Assembly: GCF_001194135.2 (NCBI RefSeq)
Contig: NC_068993.1
Span: 19,956,149 to 20,020,148 of the forward strand
Reading direction: 5' to 3'
Length of the DNA: 64,000 bases
Source: Octopus bimaculoides
Lineage: Eukaryota
In this document: positions 1 through 12,903 of the stretch, piece after piece
Layout of the letters: each line of letters opens with the position of its first letter
How positions within the stretch are numbered: position 1 is the stretch's first letter
The notes under the pieces: model-generated
What the model was told of the DNA's origin: nothing
Seen by the model: the letters and a program-made list of their open reading frames with translations, nothing else
Database searches by the model: none
Position numbers and translations under genes: made by a program

Positions 1-1552
1 CATAGAAATTGGTTCAATCGAAGTTGATTATTTTCAAACTCTCATGAAAAGCTGTCCAGACAGGGGAACAAATATTGCCTTGTTTGGAAAGAGATGGCTG
101 GGTGGTGGGCAGGAAAGGCGTTGCCTGGAATGCGTCGGGGGATATGTTTCAACTTTCTTTGCTCTAAGTTTAAATCTCACCGAAGTCAACTTTATCTTTT
201 ATCCCTCCGGATTTGCATAAAGTCTAATAAGGAACCTATCAAATGCTGGGGTCGAAGTGATCGACTAACTCCTCCTCCAAATTTCATCCCTTGTGCCTCT
301 AGCAAAATCACTTACTTCTTTCAAGAAGGGTGGTGGACTGGCGGAATTGCCAGAGTGTCGAAAAGAAGTGCTTTGTGGCATTTGTTCGAATTCTTTACGC
401 TCTGATTTCAAATCCAGTCAAAGTCAACTTTGTCTCTCGTCCTTTTGGAATCAATAGAATAAAGCGCTGGTCAGTTACTGGGTTAATGTAATCGACGGCC
501 CCTTCCACTCTATTTTTCTTTCTTTTTTTTTTTAGCCTTTTACCTATTTAAGAAACTATTATTTCTTTCTAGAGTGCCATAATTGGGTGGACGTCGAAAG
601 AATGATTTGCAGTTTTACATTAGGTTTCTGAATGTTAAGTGTTCAAATCCAGCCGACTATCATTCATCTTTATAGAATCGATAATACAACGTTACATCCA
701 AATATTGGGATCGACCTAATCTACTCCCCATTTCAAGCAAATTAAATCAATTTAATCAGTCAATTAATCAAATTGATTTAATTTGGTAGAAGGGAATTCA
801 TTAAAATAATCTTAGTAATTGAGCTAACGCTCTTTTTTCCTCACTGAATAAGTGTTTTCAATTAGATTTTTGATACTGACTGCATTAAATATGTTAACAC
901 TAACTTAACCAATATTTTTTTCTAATCGTGTTAGTGTTACCGCAAGTAATAGCCGTGCATTCTTCATGACCAGAGAGAGGCAAGACATTTATCATTGTTA
1001 TATAAATCGCATCAGCTCCGATCCAGCAAGTCTACGGTCAAAGATGTTTGAGCTGTGACAAAACCATCCTTTTTACAGGCACAGTGTATCTAGAAATACA
1101 TTATCCGATGAATCTTAACTTTTAAGATAATTGCGTGCAATTTAAGGGACTTTTGGCTAATCCTTTTAGCTAATCGAACGACTCTGCAGAAGGTTACTCA
1201 TTAAGCTTGCCTTTTGTATGTTGGTGTTGATAGTTAAAATGAGTTCAGATAAAACAAATAATTCGGTAAGTTGACTGGGCATGCGCTATACATGCAAGGA
1301 GAAGGTGGGAGGTCAACGCCCATGATTCTTTATATTTCCATAACCTTCAGGTGGTGGGGGTCATGGTGGTGGGGTTGAAAGGAAAATGCTATCTTCAAAC
1401 AGGAGACTTGGGATAAACGCATGCAACAAAGTAAAGTCCGATAAAAACACTTAAAGACCGAGATAATCAGAATAGGCAGCGAATACACAGAGTCGTTTGA
1501 GCATTGGATTGAATGCGTCGTAGTATTTGTAACAGCTCTATTTACTCTGGGT

Positions 1553-1752
1553 GGAGGTGCAATGGCCCAGTGGTTAGGGCAGCGGACTCGCGGTCATATG
1601 ATCGCGGTTTCGATTCCCAGACCGGGCGTTGTGAGTGTTTATTGAGCGAAAACACCTAAAGCTCCACGAGGCTCCGGCAGGGGATGGTGGTGAACCCTGC
1701 TGTACTCTTTCACCACAACTTTCTCTCACTCTTACTTCTTATTTCTGTTGTA
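1553..1752 (+). mobile_element. tRNA-derived SINE family C, 5' part
   Basis: tRNA-like head GGCCCAGTGGTTAGGGCAGCGG...GGTTTCGATTCCC; homologous to 21816-22198. Confidence 0.8.
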
Positions 1753-1983
1753 GCTGTCTGGGTTCAAAGTCTATTGTCATAGCCAAACGAGTAACCATGG
1801 CAATAATCTTAATCCGTCGCCCGGTATCTGTGGTATCTTAAGGTGCTTTCAGAGGACTCTGCTGTGTTGTAAGGATTCAAACTAGATTTCAACTTTGAAG
1901 AGACATTTCCGCCTTCCGCCTCCTTACTAGTCTCAGAGGCTCCGTAAAAGCTCATGGGCACTGTTGTGTACATCTATAGAGTA

Positions 1984-2022
<39 letters not shown>

Positions 2023-2049
2023 ACTACTGCTCCCACTAATAATAATAAT

Positions 2050-2264
2050 CCTTTCTACGATAGGCACAAGGCCTGAAATTTTGGTGGGGAAGGAGCCAGT
2101 CGATTAGATCGACCCCAGTGCACAACTGGTACTTAATTTATCGATCCAGAAAAGATGAAAGGCAAAGTCGACCTCGGTAGAATTTGAACTCAGAACTTAG
2201 CGCAAACAAAATACCGCTAAGCATTTACCCCGGCGCGCCAACAAATCTTCCAGCTCACTGCCTT
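2050..2264 (-). mobile_element. SINE family B, (ATT)n-tailed variant
   Basis: Shared body gtcgactttgcctttcatcc...ggggtcgat; flanked by (AAT)n on both sides. Confidence 0.8.
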
Positions 2265-2329
2265 AAATAATAATAACAATAATAATGATAATAATAATAA
2301 TAATAATAATAATAATCATAATAATAATA

Positions 2330-2850
2330 CTGATACAATACCAGGCAGTGGCTCTCAAGGATTTTGATCTTAAATGATTAGAAGTGTTATCATGTACATT
2401 GTTTTGTCTCGGTAAAAGATGGGCTCCTAGCAAATATTCTGCTCAATACCACAGATTTGCTTATCACTAGTTTGACCTTAACCAGTTGAGCATGTTCCTG
2501 GGTGGCTGACGATAAGTGCATCTTTGATCATGAGCAGTAGTGGGGAAGCATCGTAGCCATGTTTTGAAGGAATTTCCTTGGGTTTTGGATAATTCCTCTT
2601 TGGAAACATGGGTGTTTCGTTCAGCATCCTTAAACAATTCTTATTCAGGGACAATTTGAGGGGGATGGGCTACTCGACCAGAAGCAAATTCTAACTGGAC
2701 CCCACCTGCTTATCTTAATATGATATCATCATGTCGCGCACTTATGGTTGTGATGCATGAGCCTGGTGTACCCTTATCAGACGGGTAGTCATGATGGGCA
2801 TACTTGGCTTCGTATATTTTACCCCAGTGTCACTTTGATGGCATGCACTG
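2330..2850 (-). repeat. Interspersed repeat family E (second copy about 5860-6155)
   Basis: Two homologous copies share gtacccttatcagacgggtagtcatgatgggcatactg and cagtgtcactttgatggcatg. Confidence 0.65.
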
Positions 2851-2989
2851 CTAGCTTGCTTACGAACCACATGGTTCCGGGTTCAGTCCCACTGCGTAGC
2901 ACCTTGGGCAAGTGTCTTATACTATAGTCTCGGGCTATAGTAGAAGACACTTACCCAAGGTGCAAGGAGGGAGACAATACAAACATAGA

Positions 2990-3240
2990 CAAAAAAGTGA
3001 TCCCCCTAATACAGGAGAACCTCTCGGAATAATCAAGGAGCCGCACCATTCAAGATCATCCAGAATACCAAGGACGAGAGCCCTCTCCAACTTCTTTCTT
3101 CCAACTCAGAGTTCTACCCTAAGAGTGTTATCATCCACTCTTGCCATTCTTGCAACTTTCACCCACCTTTTCATAAATTCACTCGAGGACAACACATTTC
3201 TCTCTGCCTTCACTTTTTTAGGAAAGTGGGTTATACATCA
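2990..3240 (-). mobile_element. Tx1/L1-like LINE, C-terminal coding fragment
   Basis: Minus strand reads KVKAERNVLSSSEFMKRWVKVARMARVDDNTLRVEL*, resembling Tx1-type ORF2 ends. Confidence 0.5.
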
Positions 3241-4249
3241 TTAGATGTACACCTGACTTTCCTATATTAAATTAGAAGTGAACGGAACGCAGAACACCAA
3301 ACTGATCAACAACAACAATATTTATTTATGGTGGAAAATATACAGCTTCCAATTGTCCGGTTTCTGAGTAGCCTGAATGTAGATGTACTGTCCCTAGAGA
3401 TGAATCGTTGGAGAGACAACTTGCTTCTTCCACACTCAATGAGAGCTTGTTTTAGACCNNNNNNNNNNNNNNNNNNNNNNNNNNNNNNNNNNNNNNNNNN
3501 NNNNNNNNNNNNNNNNNNNNNNNNNNNNNNNNNNNNNNNNNNNNNNNNNNNNNNNNNNNNNNNNNNNNNNNNNNNNNNNNNNNNNNNNNNNNNNNNNNNN
3601 NNNNNNNNNNNNNNNNNNNNNNNNNNNNNNNNNNNNNNNNNNNNNNNNNNNNNNNNNNNNNNNNNNNNNNNNNNNNNNNNNNNNNNNNNNNNNNNNNNNN
3701 NNNNNNNNNNNNNNNNNNNNNNNNNNNNNNNNNNNNNNNNNNNNNNNNNNNNNNNNNNNNNNNNNNNNNNNNNNNNNNNNNNNNNNNNNNNNNNNNNNNN
3801 NNNNNNNNNNNNNNNNNNNNNNNNNNNNNNNNNNNNNNNNNNNNNNNNNNNNNNNNNNNNNNNNNNNNNNNNNNNNNNNNNNNNNNNNNNNNNNNNNNNN
3901 NNNNNNNNNNNNNNNNNNNNNNNNNNNNNNNNNNNNNNNNNNNNNNNNNNNNNNNNNNNNNNNNNNNNNNNNNNNNNNNNNNNNNNNNNNNNNNNNNNNN
4001 NNNNNNNNNNNNNNNNNNNNNNNNNNNNNNNNNNNNNNNNNNNNNNNNNNNNNNNNNNNNNNNNNNNNNNNNNNNNNNNNNNNNNNNNNNNNNNNNNNNN
4101 NNNNNNNNNNNNNNNNNNNNNNNNNNNNNNNNNNNNNNNNNNNNNNNNNNNNNNNNNNNNNNNNNNNNNNNNNNNNNNNNNNNNNNNNNNNNNNNNNNNN
4201 NNNNNNNNNNNNNNNNNNNNNNNNNNNNNNNNNNNNNNNNNNNNNNNAC

Positions 4250-5060
4250 TTCCCCGCAACTAATCCTCTGTAAGTATCTAAAGTGGAACATCCACTGATC
4301 CTATTGCCCCCGGCTTGTAGAGTACAATGAGCGCCTGATGATATTCTAAGCGCCAGGCGCCCAGTCGCGGCCTATCCTTTGCCCAGAACTGCAGCTTCGT
4401 GAAGGAGACGAGGTATGGAAAGATGTGTGTCACAAACGAAGCCCACACACGTTCCCCTTCATGGAATCGATGCAGGTGGTGCAACCTGAGTGTGTGTCTA
4501 CGCATTAAAAGCCATGGCATGCCTAAGCAGCCACGCAAAGGAAGTTGGCAATAGACCGACCGCCTGATCAATGGAACGCGTCCCTTCCACAAGAAAATAA
4601 ACAGGATACGCTCCATTCTAACCAAGCAGTAACTGGGTCAAGGCACGACGATCAGACTATAAATAATGACAGAGGTGATGTAGGTATTCACCACCTCTGC
4701 CCGACCTTTCAGGGACAACTTCCTCTCTGCCCATTTCTGGGTAAGAGAGGTCACCCTATTCGTCACCTCTTCGCAATTCTTATCCACCTGGAGGTCGGGA
4801 CCGAATCAGACTTTGAACATTTTAACTGGTCCGTCAGTCCAGCTTCCGACGACGCCGTCCGGCGGCATCGACTTGCCTTTTCACGTGCCAATTTGCAATC
4901 CCACCGACTTGTCGGCATTGGTTTTAGCTCCTGCAGCCGAATCATATTCATTACAGTGGAACAGACCGTCTCCACTTCGGAGGCGTCCGATACCATGACA
5001 ATGACGTCATTTACGTATGCAGACACTGCCCTCCCGAGTCCAATTTCGAAAGGGAGTTCC
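4250..5060 (-). mobile_element. Tx1/L1-like LINE reverse transcriptase fragment (frameshifted)
   Basis: VSAYVNDV (decayed AYADD), WAERKLSLKGRAEV, ERILFIFLWKGRVPLIRR, GLGMP motifs across frames. Confidence 0.85.
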
Positions 5061-5061
5061 T

Positions 5062-5620
5062 AATAATCCATTAGGAACTCTGTGGAAATCACGGCCTACA
5101 AACAGCAAAGACGTGGTATGAGAAAACTCCAGAAGTCACTGAAAATAAGAATTGCAAAATCCTGTGGGATGCAATGATCCAGTGCCATCACCCGACCAGA
5201 CATCGGAAACCGGACATTGTGGTGAATAAAAAAGGAAGAACATGTATGATAATCGACATAGCACACCCCGGTGACAACAGGATCAACGTGAAAGAAGAAA
5301 AAATAAACAGCTCTGACTATTTGAAGCGGGAAATACGAAAGTTGTGGTCAATGAAGAGAGTAGACGTGATAACAATAGTAATTGGTGCACTTGGAAGTAT
5401 CAGCACTCAACTACCAACATGGCTGAAAAAGATCGGTGCAAGTGTGAAGGTAGAACACCTACGAAAATCAGCATTGCTTGGAACTGCAAGAATTCTTCGC
5501 AGGATTCTTGAAGCATGACCAGTAAACGAGTGTCACCTTAATCTGCTGGCTGTGGACAGCTAGCACTTTCCATCTTACTCAGCAAAATAAGCTGTGAGTT
5601 TTCATATAATAATAATAATG
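5062..5620 (+). mobile_element. RLE-type (R4/NeSL/HERO-like) non-LTR retrotransposon 3' end with (AAT)n tail
   Basis: TWYEKTPEV.EN..CKILWD, RKPDIVV...IIDIAHPGD, VIGALG, QKSALLGTARILR-like motifs; short 3' UTR and AAT tail. Confidence 0.9.
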
Positions 5621-5806
5621 ATGATGATGATGATGATCTGCACCACACCTCCAGAGGAAAAAGATTAATACAATGCAATACCGAGAAGAGTTTGCATTCA
5701 CCCAACAGCAGAAAAGAACACTCAATGCTGGACACACCCCGGTAACCCAGAGAAGTAGCAGGTGATGCAGTAGAAATTTGCCTCAGACTATCAAATGTTG
5801 ATCAAT

Positions 5807-5848
<42 letters not shown>

Positions 5849-6508
5849 GTAATGGAGGATCATCATAGCCATGTGTTGAGAGGAATTTGGTGGGGTTTGA
5901 ATAATTCACCTCCGGAGACATTGGTGTTTCGTCCACCGTTCTTAAACAACTCTTATTCAAGGATCATTTGAGCGGGTCGGGCTACTCGGCCTGAAGGAAA
6001 CTGGATGCCACCTGCAAGGTCAAATGCTGGTCACCATGTCGTGCATATATGGTTGTGATGCATGTGCCTGGTGTACCCTTATCAGGCAGGTAGTCATGAT
6101 TGGTATACTGGGTTTCGTATATTCGTACACCAGTGTCACATTGACGGCATGGTGCTCTTTGAAATGATAATAATAATAGCTGTATACCCTTGACACAATT
6201 TTCTTTTTTAAATCAATATTATTTGACCTTCCAATGTTAACCGTTTTGTTCGTTCCGTCGTCCTCTGCCTTACTGCAAACTTTGTCTGCCTGGATTTTCA
6301 CTTCTTTGAATTTTCTTAACACCTACTAATTCTTAATAGTGTACTACGCATGGCAACCGAGAGATAATGTTATGTGTCATTGGGGGTCGGCATTTTTTAT
6401 CGTGTTAAATATCTAGGCATGAACGATATCAAAATTCACGACAGAGGTATTTGCTGACGTGGGTGATTAGCTTATATAAATATATATGTGTGTGTGTGTG
6501 TGTGTGTA

Positions 6509-6548
<40 letters not shown>

Positions 6549-7391
6549 NNNNNNNNNNNNNNNNNNNNNNNNNNNNNNNNNNNNNNNNNNNNNNNNNNNN
6601 NNNNNNNNNNNNNNNNNNNNNNNNNNNNNNNNNNNNNNNNNNNNNNNNNNNNNNNNNNNNNNNNNNNNNNNNNNNNNNNNNNNNNNNNNNNNNNNNNNNN
6701 NNNNNNNNNNNNNNNNNNNNNNNNNNNNNNNNNNNNNNNNNNNNNNNNNNNNNNNNNNNNNNNNNNNNNNNNNNNNNNNNNNNNNNNNNNNNNNNNNNNN
6801 NNNNNNNNNNNNNNNNNNNNNNNNNNNNNNNNNNNNNNNNNNNNNNNNNNNNNNNNNNNNNNNNNNNNNNNNNNNNNNNNNNNNNNNNNNNNNNNNNNNN
6901 NNNNNNNNNNNNNNNNNNNNNNNNNNNNNNNNNNNNNNNNNNNNNNNNNNNNNNNNNNNNNNNNNNNNNACAACGAATCGACAGATCGCTAAATTAAATC
7001 GCTTAATTTTTCAGTTCAAATCACACAAGTCCAAATTTGCCTTTCCTTTCGTGCCAAAGTTGACTATCATAATCAGAAACACCTCAGACAATGAGCAACT
7101 AAACAATATTAAATCCTTTATTTTTTTTTTTTATAAAATGAAATGTGCAATTATTAATTCTTTCAAATTTAAAACAAACGTCAAGATTTATTTTCATCAA
7201 AAGAACACGAAATTCTTTGAGAAGCTACTTTTTCTACGAATATATTTTACTTGTTATGTATGAGAAAACTGGGATTTTTGCATCGACACAATGGGGTTTC
7301 TGCCCAAAGAAGAAACTTAAGGTGCTGTTTACTCCTAAGTAAACGGTATCTATATCGTATTATGATATAGGGACTAAAAGCACACACAGTG

Positions 7392-7466
7392 GTCGGCTGT
7401 CCTTCTACTGCTTATTTCGAGCATTGAACGACAATGCTCGAAATAAGGAATAGAAGGACAGTCAAC
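7392..7466. repeat. Inverted repeat / long hairpin
   Basis: ctgtccttcta pairs with tagaaggacag and cttatttcgagcattg with caatgctcgaaataag; 5-nt loop. Confidence 0.9.
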
Positions 7467-9804
7467 AACTGATGAAGGATCGTTCTTCATGTTACTTGTC
7501 TTATTTTCCATTTGTTTCACTCATTGTTTGCGTACCCAACTTTATTTTCGTATTCCATATTGTTTACGTTTTTTGACATCCCGTACCCATATATTTAAGG
7601 AAAATCTAGCAAATGTTTACTTCCACCTGAGCAACCACAGGAGAAGCTATGTTTTATAAAGCTGAGGCGTATCGTCAATGACCATCAATAGGGTGGATGA
7701 TCGGACCATTTGGACCTTTGGAAGGTTAAGTGATCTGCCTTTTACCAGGCTATTTGTTACACATTAAATATTTGTTGTTTAGCACCGGGTCGGCTCTGAA
7801 CAAGAAAGCTTGTGATCAAATGCTTTCTAATTTTGAATATCCTGTCTGTTCTATTTCCAGACAATATTATTCAATGTAGCATTTCATTTTAAGACTGGGG
7901 TGAGTGGAATATAATTTGAAAGGAGATTTGATTGCTATTTCAAGCAGGCCTAATGACTACATAGAGACAACTAAATGGTTGTTGAGATCGGCTACAACTC
8001 TATTACTTTATTTTATTTTCCTCAGAAGTCATGCCAGTAAGTCACAATCGTACATGCTTGCAAAACTTCATTGACCTCGAAGGCAAGTAAAAATTGCTAT
8101 AAGTGACTTATTGACCACCACCGTCATGTTGTATATTCCTTCAGTACAAATGCCTGACATGGAATTGCCGAACCGGATCTTCTTGATTTAGTCATTAGAC
8201 TGCGGCCACGCTAGAGCATCACCTTGGAGAATTTTAGTCGAATGAGTCGACCCCAGTATTTATTGACTTTTTTTTGCTAAGCCTGGCACTTATTCTATCG
8301 TCTCTTTTGCCGAACCGCTATGTCACACCAACATCAGTTGTCATACACACACACACACACACACACACAGTGAGGTTCTTTCAGTTTTCGCCTACCAAAT
8401 CTTCTAACAAGTCTTTGGTTAGACGGTGGCTATAGTAGAAGACACTTGCCCGAGGTACCACGGGGACACTTGGTAAGTCATTCTACATTCGTCAGACAAC
8501 ATACAGATATGAAGGAAGACTCTCTGATGCCATGTCACTGGAATCGATAACACCTGGTAGGTCCAAAATTCTTTTGCGTCTGTGAAACTTTCAGCAATAA
8601 ATATATTTAGCTTCTTCAATAAGTGATCGCTTGTCTCCTTAATAAATATATTTAGCTTATAAAAAATGTGATCACTTCTTTCGTTTGCATCTATCTCAAG
8701 AACTACTCCTGTTGAGCCCTATTTACAGATGGAGAACAAACAAAAGACAACCACGTCCATATCCATTAAAGAACTTTCAGATATCATCAAGTAATCTTCA
8801 TGTACTTCAGAAATCCTGCCTGTCTTACCATCATTATTTTAACGCCCACTTGGGTCGGGTGATATTTGTTGAGACATATTTTCTACGGCCGGATGTTCTT
8901 TCTGTCGCCAGCCATCACTTGTTTCCAAGTAAGGACATATTTCTCCGTAGCCAGACATACATTCACGGAAGATTGGAAATGAAGAATGCTTATATGACAG
9001 TGAGGCTCGTTTACATCTATCGAGCGAAGCTAAAACAAGGAAACACTAACACATGTATTTACACAAATATACACATACTCACACACACACACACATCTGT
9101 ACAAAAATACAGATAGTTACACACGCATATATATATAACGGACTTTTTAAAGTTTCCGTCTACCAAGCCCACTTCATGAAACTTTGGAGTGGCCCGTAGG
9201 TATTGTAGAAGGCACTTACTTAAGGTGTCACTCAATGGGACTGAATTCGTAACTATATAGTTGTGAAACAAACTTCTCACCGCACATATACCTATTAATT
9301 ACATCCAAATTCTCTGATGCACTTTTATGTCTGTGAAACAAAGTAATGTAGATTTAAGTTGCCAGCTATTAATGCAAAAAAATGTTTAACTTCTGCAACT
9401 CCAATTGAGAAATCTTTAATTTTGTTTATATACCTATCTACATGACCGTTCCATACCATGTTAAACGTTAATCTTTATTTACTGATGAACAAGCAGTCGG
9501 CGACAGGAAGGCAATCACTTCTATATAGCTTGAAGAACATAATGTATCAGCAAGGAATGTTTAGGCTTTTGATCAACTGGCTACTTTACTGTTTAGTTTG
9601 ACAGCAGGTGAAGGATCAGATGTGCTTCTGTGTCTGTAAAACTTAGAATAATATTAATTTAAACTGCTGAATATTAATCCCCATATTTAATTTCCATGAC
9701 ACATCTAAGAGCCCTTTTCGTTTTGAACACCAGTGTTATCAAGTGCAGTCAATGTGAAAACACAAGCACACACACACACGTATGCATGTATAAGCTGCCA
9801 TACA

Positions 9805-10042
9805 GTTTCCTTATTTCTTTATTGCCCACAAGGGGCTAAACATAAAGGGGACAAACAAGGACAGACAAATGGATTAAGTCGATTAAATCGACCCCAGTGC
9901 GTAACTGGTACTTAATTTATCGACCCCGAAAGGATGAAAGGCAAAGTCGACCTCGGCGGAATTTGAACTCAGAACGTAACGGCAGACAAAATACCGCTAT
10001 GCATTTCGCCTGGCGTGCTAACGTTTCTGCCAGCTCGCCGCC
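9805..10042 (-). mobile_element. SINE family B, full-length young copy
   Basis: Head ggcggcgagctggcagaaacgttagc; 14-bp direct repeat gccatacagtttcc at 9797-9810 and 10040-10053. Confidence 0.9.
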
Positions 10043-10407
10043 ATACAGTTTCCATCTACCAAATTTTACTCATAAGGCATCAATCAACCTGAGACTACAG
10101 TAGAAGACACCCAAAATGCCACAAAGTGGAGCCAAATATCAAGCCATGCGAATGCAAATCAAAACACTTGAACCACACAGTCACACTCGCACAACTATAT
10201 TTTCACAAAAAACATTATTTATTACTAATATCATCAGCTAGATAGTAGAAACGAACAGAAATATGAACAGTACCAAAGTAATAAAAGTGGAGGAGATCGA
10301 CCGGGATAACCAATATGGAAACTAAGACAGACTTTGCTCCTCGAGGCTAGCATGTCAACTGAAAACAAAAACAAATGACAAAAAAAATCCAAACTTTTCT
10401 TTATATG

Positions 10408-10432
10408 TTTATTAAAAATATAGACATTTATT
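10408..10432 (-). terminator. Candidate polyadenylation signals of SDAD1 (AATAAA at 10427-10432 overlapping the stop, and at 10408-10413)
   Basis: Two AATAAA hexamers followed on the minus strand by a U/GU-rich tract (about 10350-10396). Confidence 0.55.
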
Positions 10433-10478
10433 TTCTCATTGTCCTCTGTTTCTTCAATAAAGCATCTCTTAAAGCCAC
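10428..10478 (-). CDS. SDAD1: SDAD1 last coding exon VALRDALLKKQRTMRK*
   Basis: 51 nt including TAA, tgttttccAG acceptor; matches the SDA1 C-terminus LALRDALLKK. Confidence 0.95.
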   Translation of the reverse strand: MALRDALLKKQRTMRK

Positions 10479-12526
10479 CTGGAAAACAAACAGTACAGAG
10501 TAAGAATACAGTGAGTTACAGTTTGGTAATATGTGTCACATGACAATGCATAGTTCGCAGTTCATAGTAGCTCATTACTTTGAAAAACTGGTGGAAATCA
10601 AACAATATCTGAACTCAGAACCATAAAATATCAACACTGACGAGAAATGATTTCAAATTTTGGCACAAAGCCAGCAATTTAGGGGGAGTTGATTATATCA
10701 ACCCCTGTGCTCAACTGGTACTTATTTCATTGACCCTGAAAGGATGAAAGGCAAAGTTGATCTTGGTAGAATTTGAACTCAGAACATAAAGCTGGACAAA
10801 ATGCCACTAAGCATTTAGGTGGCACCATCACCAGTCACAGCCCATGTTTCAAGGTGGTGAAGCATGATCTGCGAACTTTGGGTCTCACAGAGGCAATGAC
10901 TAGTGACTGAGACATTTGGCGATATGCTCAGCTTGACAAGACTTGTCAAGTCAAGTGAAATTGTAGTCATGGCTGATGGTGGTGTCACATAACTGGCACC
11001 TGTGCTGGTAACATGTAAAAAGCACCTTTCAAGCATTGGACTTCACGGAGGCAAAGTGGCTGATGCTGGTGGCATGTGAAAAGCTCCGTTCAAGTGTTGG
11101 GCCTCACAGAGGCAATGACCAAGACATTTGACATTATCTCGTGCTTGAGAAGAAGACTCATCAAGCCAAGTAAAATTACAGACGTGGAAGATACCAGTAT
11201 CACACAAATGGCACCCATGCCAGTGGCACGTAAAAGCACTCATTGCATTCTCAGAGTGGTTGGTGTTAGGAAGGCCATCCAGCCATCGAAACCATGTCAA
11301 ATCAGACTGGAGTCTGGTGCAGCCTTCCAGCTTACCAGCCCCAGTCAAACCATCCAACCCATGCCAGCAAGGACAACAGATGATAAATGATGATGATGAT
11401 GAATATACACAAGCAGTGAGTTGGCAAAATCATTAGTATGCTGGGCAAAATGATTAGCAGCATTTCATCTGTCTTTACATTTTGAGTTCAAATTCCACTG
11501 AAGTCGACTTTGCCTCTTATCCTTACAGGGTTGATAAAATAAGCATCAGTTAAGCATTGGGATTAATGTAATCAACTTACTGCTTCCCCACAAATTTCAG
11601 GCCTTGTGCTTATGGTAGAAACGATTATTTCTGATATGGTCTAACCCATGCTAGCACAGACAAATGGATGCTGAATGATGAAGGCCTAACAGTTTAGAAG
11701 AGATGAGTCAGTTGATACTATTGAGTTCAGTACTTGACTGGTACTTTATTGATCCCCAGAGGGGTGAAAACCAAAGTTAATTTCAATGAGATTTGAACTC
11801 AGAATAATACAGCATGACCTTCTTTTCTGATGTCCTAATGTTCCTGCCAATCCATCACTCTAATAATAAAAGGTTTTTAATTTAGGTAGAAGGCCAGAAA
11901 TTTTGAGTAAAGGAGGTTAGTGGATATTATCAATAAAATAAAGTACTGCACATGTACTTTATTTTACTGACTCCAAAAGGATGAAAGGCAAAGTTGACTT
12001 TGCTGGGGTTTGAACTCAGAATGTAAAAGACTAGAACAAATATTGCAAATCATTTCTTCCAACACCTTAATGATTCTGCCAACCCATCATCCAAATAATG
12101 ATAATAATAATAATAATAATTTTGGCACAAGACCAGCAAATGTGAGGTGGTGGTGGAAGAAAATCACATCAACCCAGTGCTCAAATATTGGCCCTGAAAG
12201 GATGGAGGATAAAGTCGGCCTCAGCAGAATTGGAACTCAATATAAAGATGACTGAAATGTCGTGAAGCATTTTGTCTGGTGTGCTAGCAATTCTGCCAGT
12301 TCGCTACCATAATAAAAATCCTTTCTATTACAGGCAAAAGACCTGAAATTTTGCAGGCAAGTGCAAGCCAATAATTTCAACTCCAGTGCTCAACTCATAC
12401 TTATTTCATCAACCCCAAAAGGATGAAATGCAAAGTTGACCATGGCAGAATTCAAACTCAGAACTTAAAGACAGATGAAATGTTGTGAAGCACTTTGTCT
12501 GGCATGTTAATTCTGCCAGCTTCCTG

Positions 12527-12893
12527 AGGATGTACGAGTGGATGATAAAGAACTGAAAAAGATTGAGAAGTAGAAGCTACTAGAAAATGAGATTGCAAGG
12601 GTGCAAGCAATGAGAAAAACAACTGTCATCCCAATAGTTGTAGAAGCATTGAGAGCATTAAAAACTAGAAATTTGTTGGAGAAATTGGGGTTGGCATGAG
12701 GGTAGAACATGCTCAGAAAACTAATTTATTGAGGATAGCAAGAATTTTGAGATTGGTACTTGAATGTTAAGTATCGTAGAAGAAGACCTTGTGAGACCTT
12801 TGACAACAGGTTATTGTTCACCCTTACATAATATTAGCCAGAGCAAGCAAAATCAAGAGCTCTGCAAAGTGAAATGACAATAATAATAAAATA
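12527..12893 (+). mobile_element. Decayed RLE-type LINE 3' end
   Basis: RVDDKELKKIEK*..VIPIVVEAL..HAQKTNLLRIARILRLVLE, AAT tail; homologous to 5062-5620. Confidence 0.8.
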
Positions 12894-12903
12894 AACTTCT
12901 CAC

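Noticed and set aside
6200-6325. Possible exon of a downstream minus-strand gene (VLRKFKEVKIQADKVCSKAEDDGTNKTVNIG)
   Set aside because: Acceptor lacks a pyrimidine tract, donor is weak, no recognisable homology and no partner exons
7469-7495. CUGAUGA as a second hammerhead core
   Set aside because: No GAAA after stem II and no consistent stem I or III
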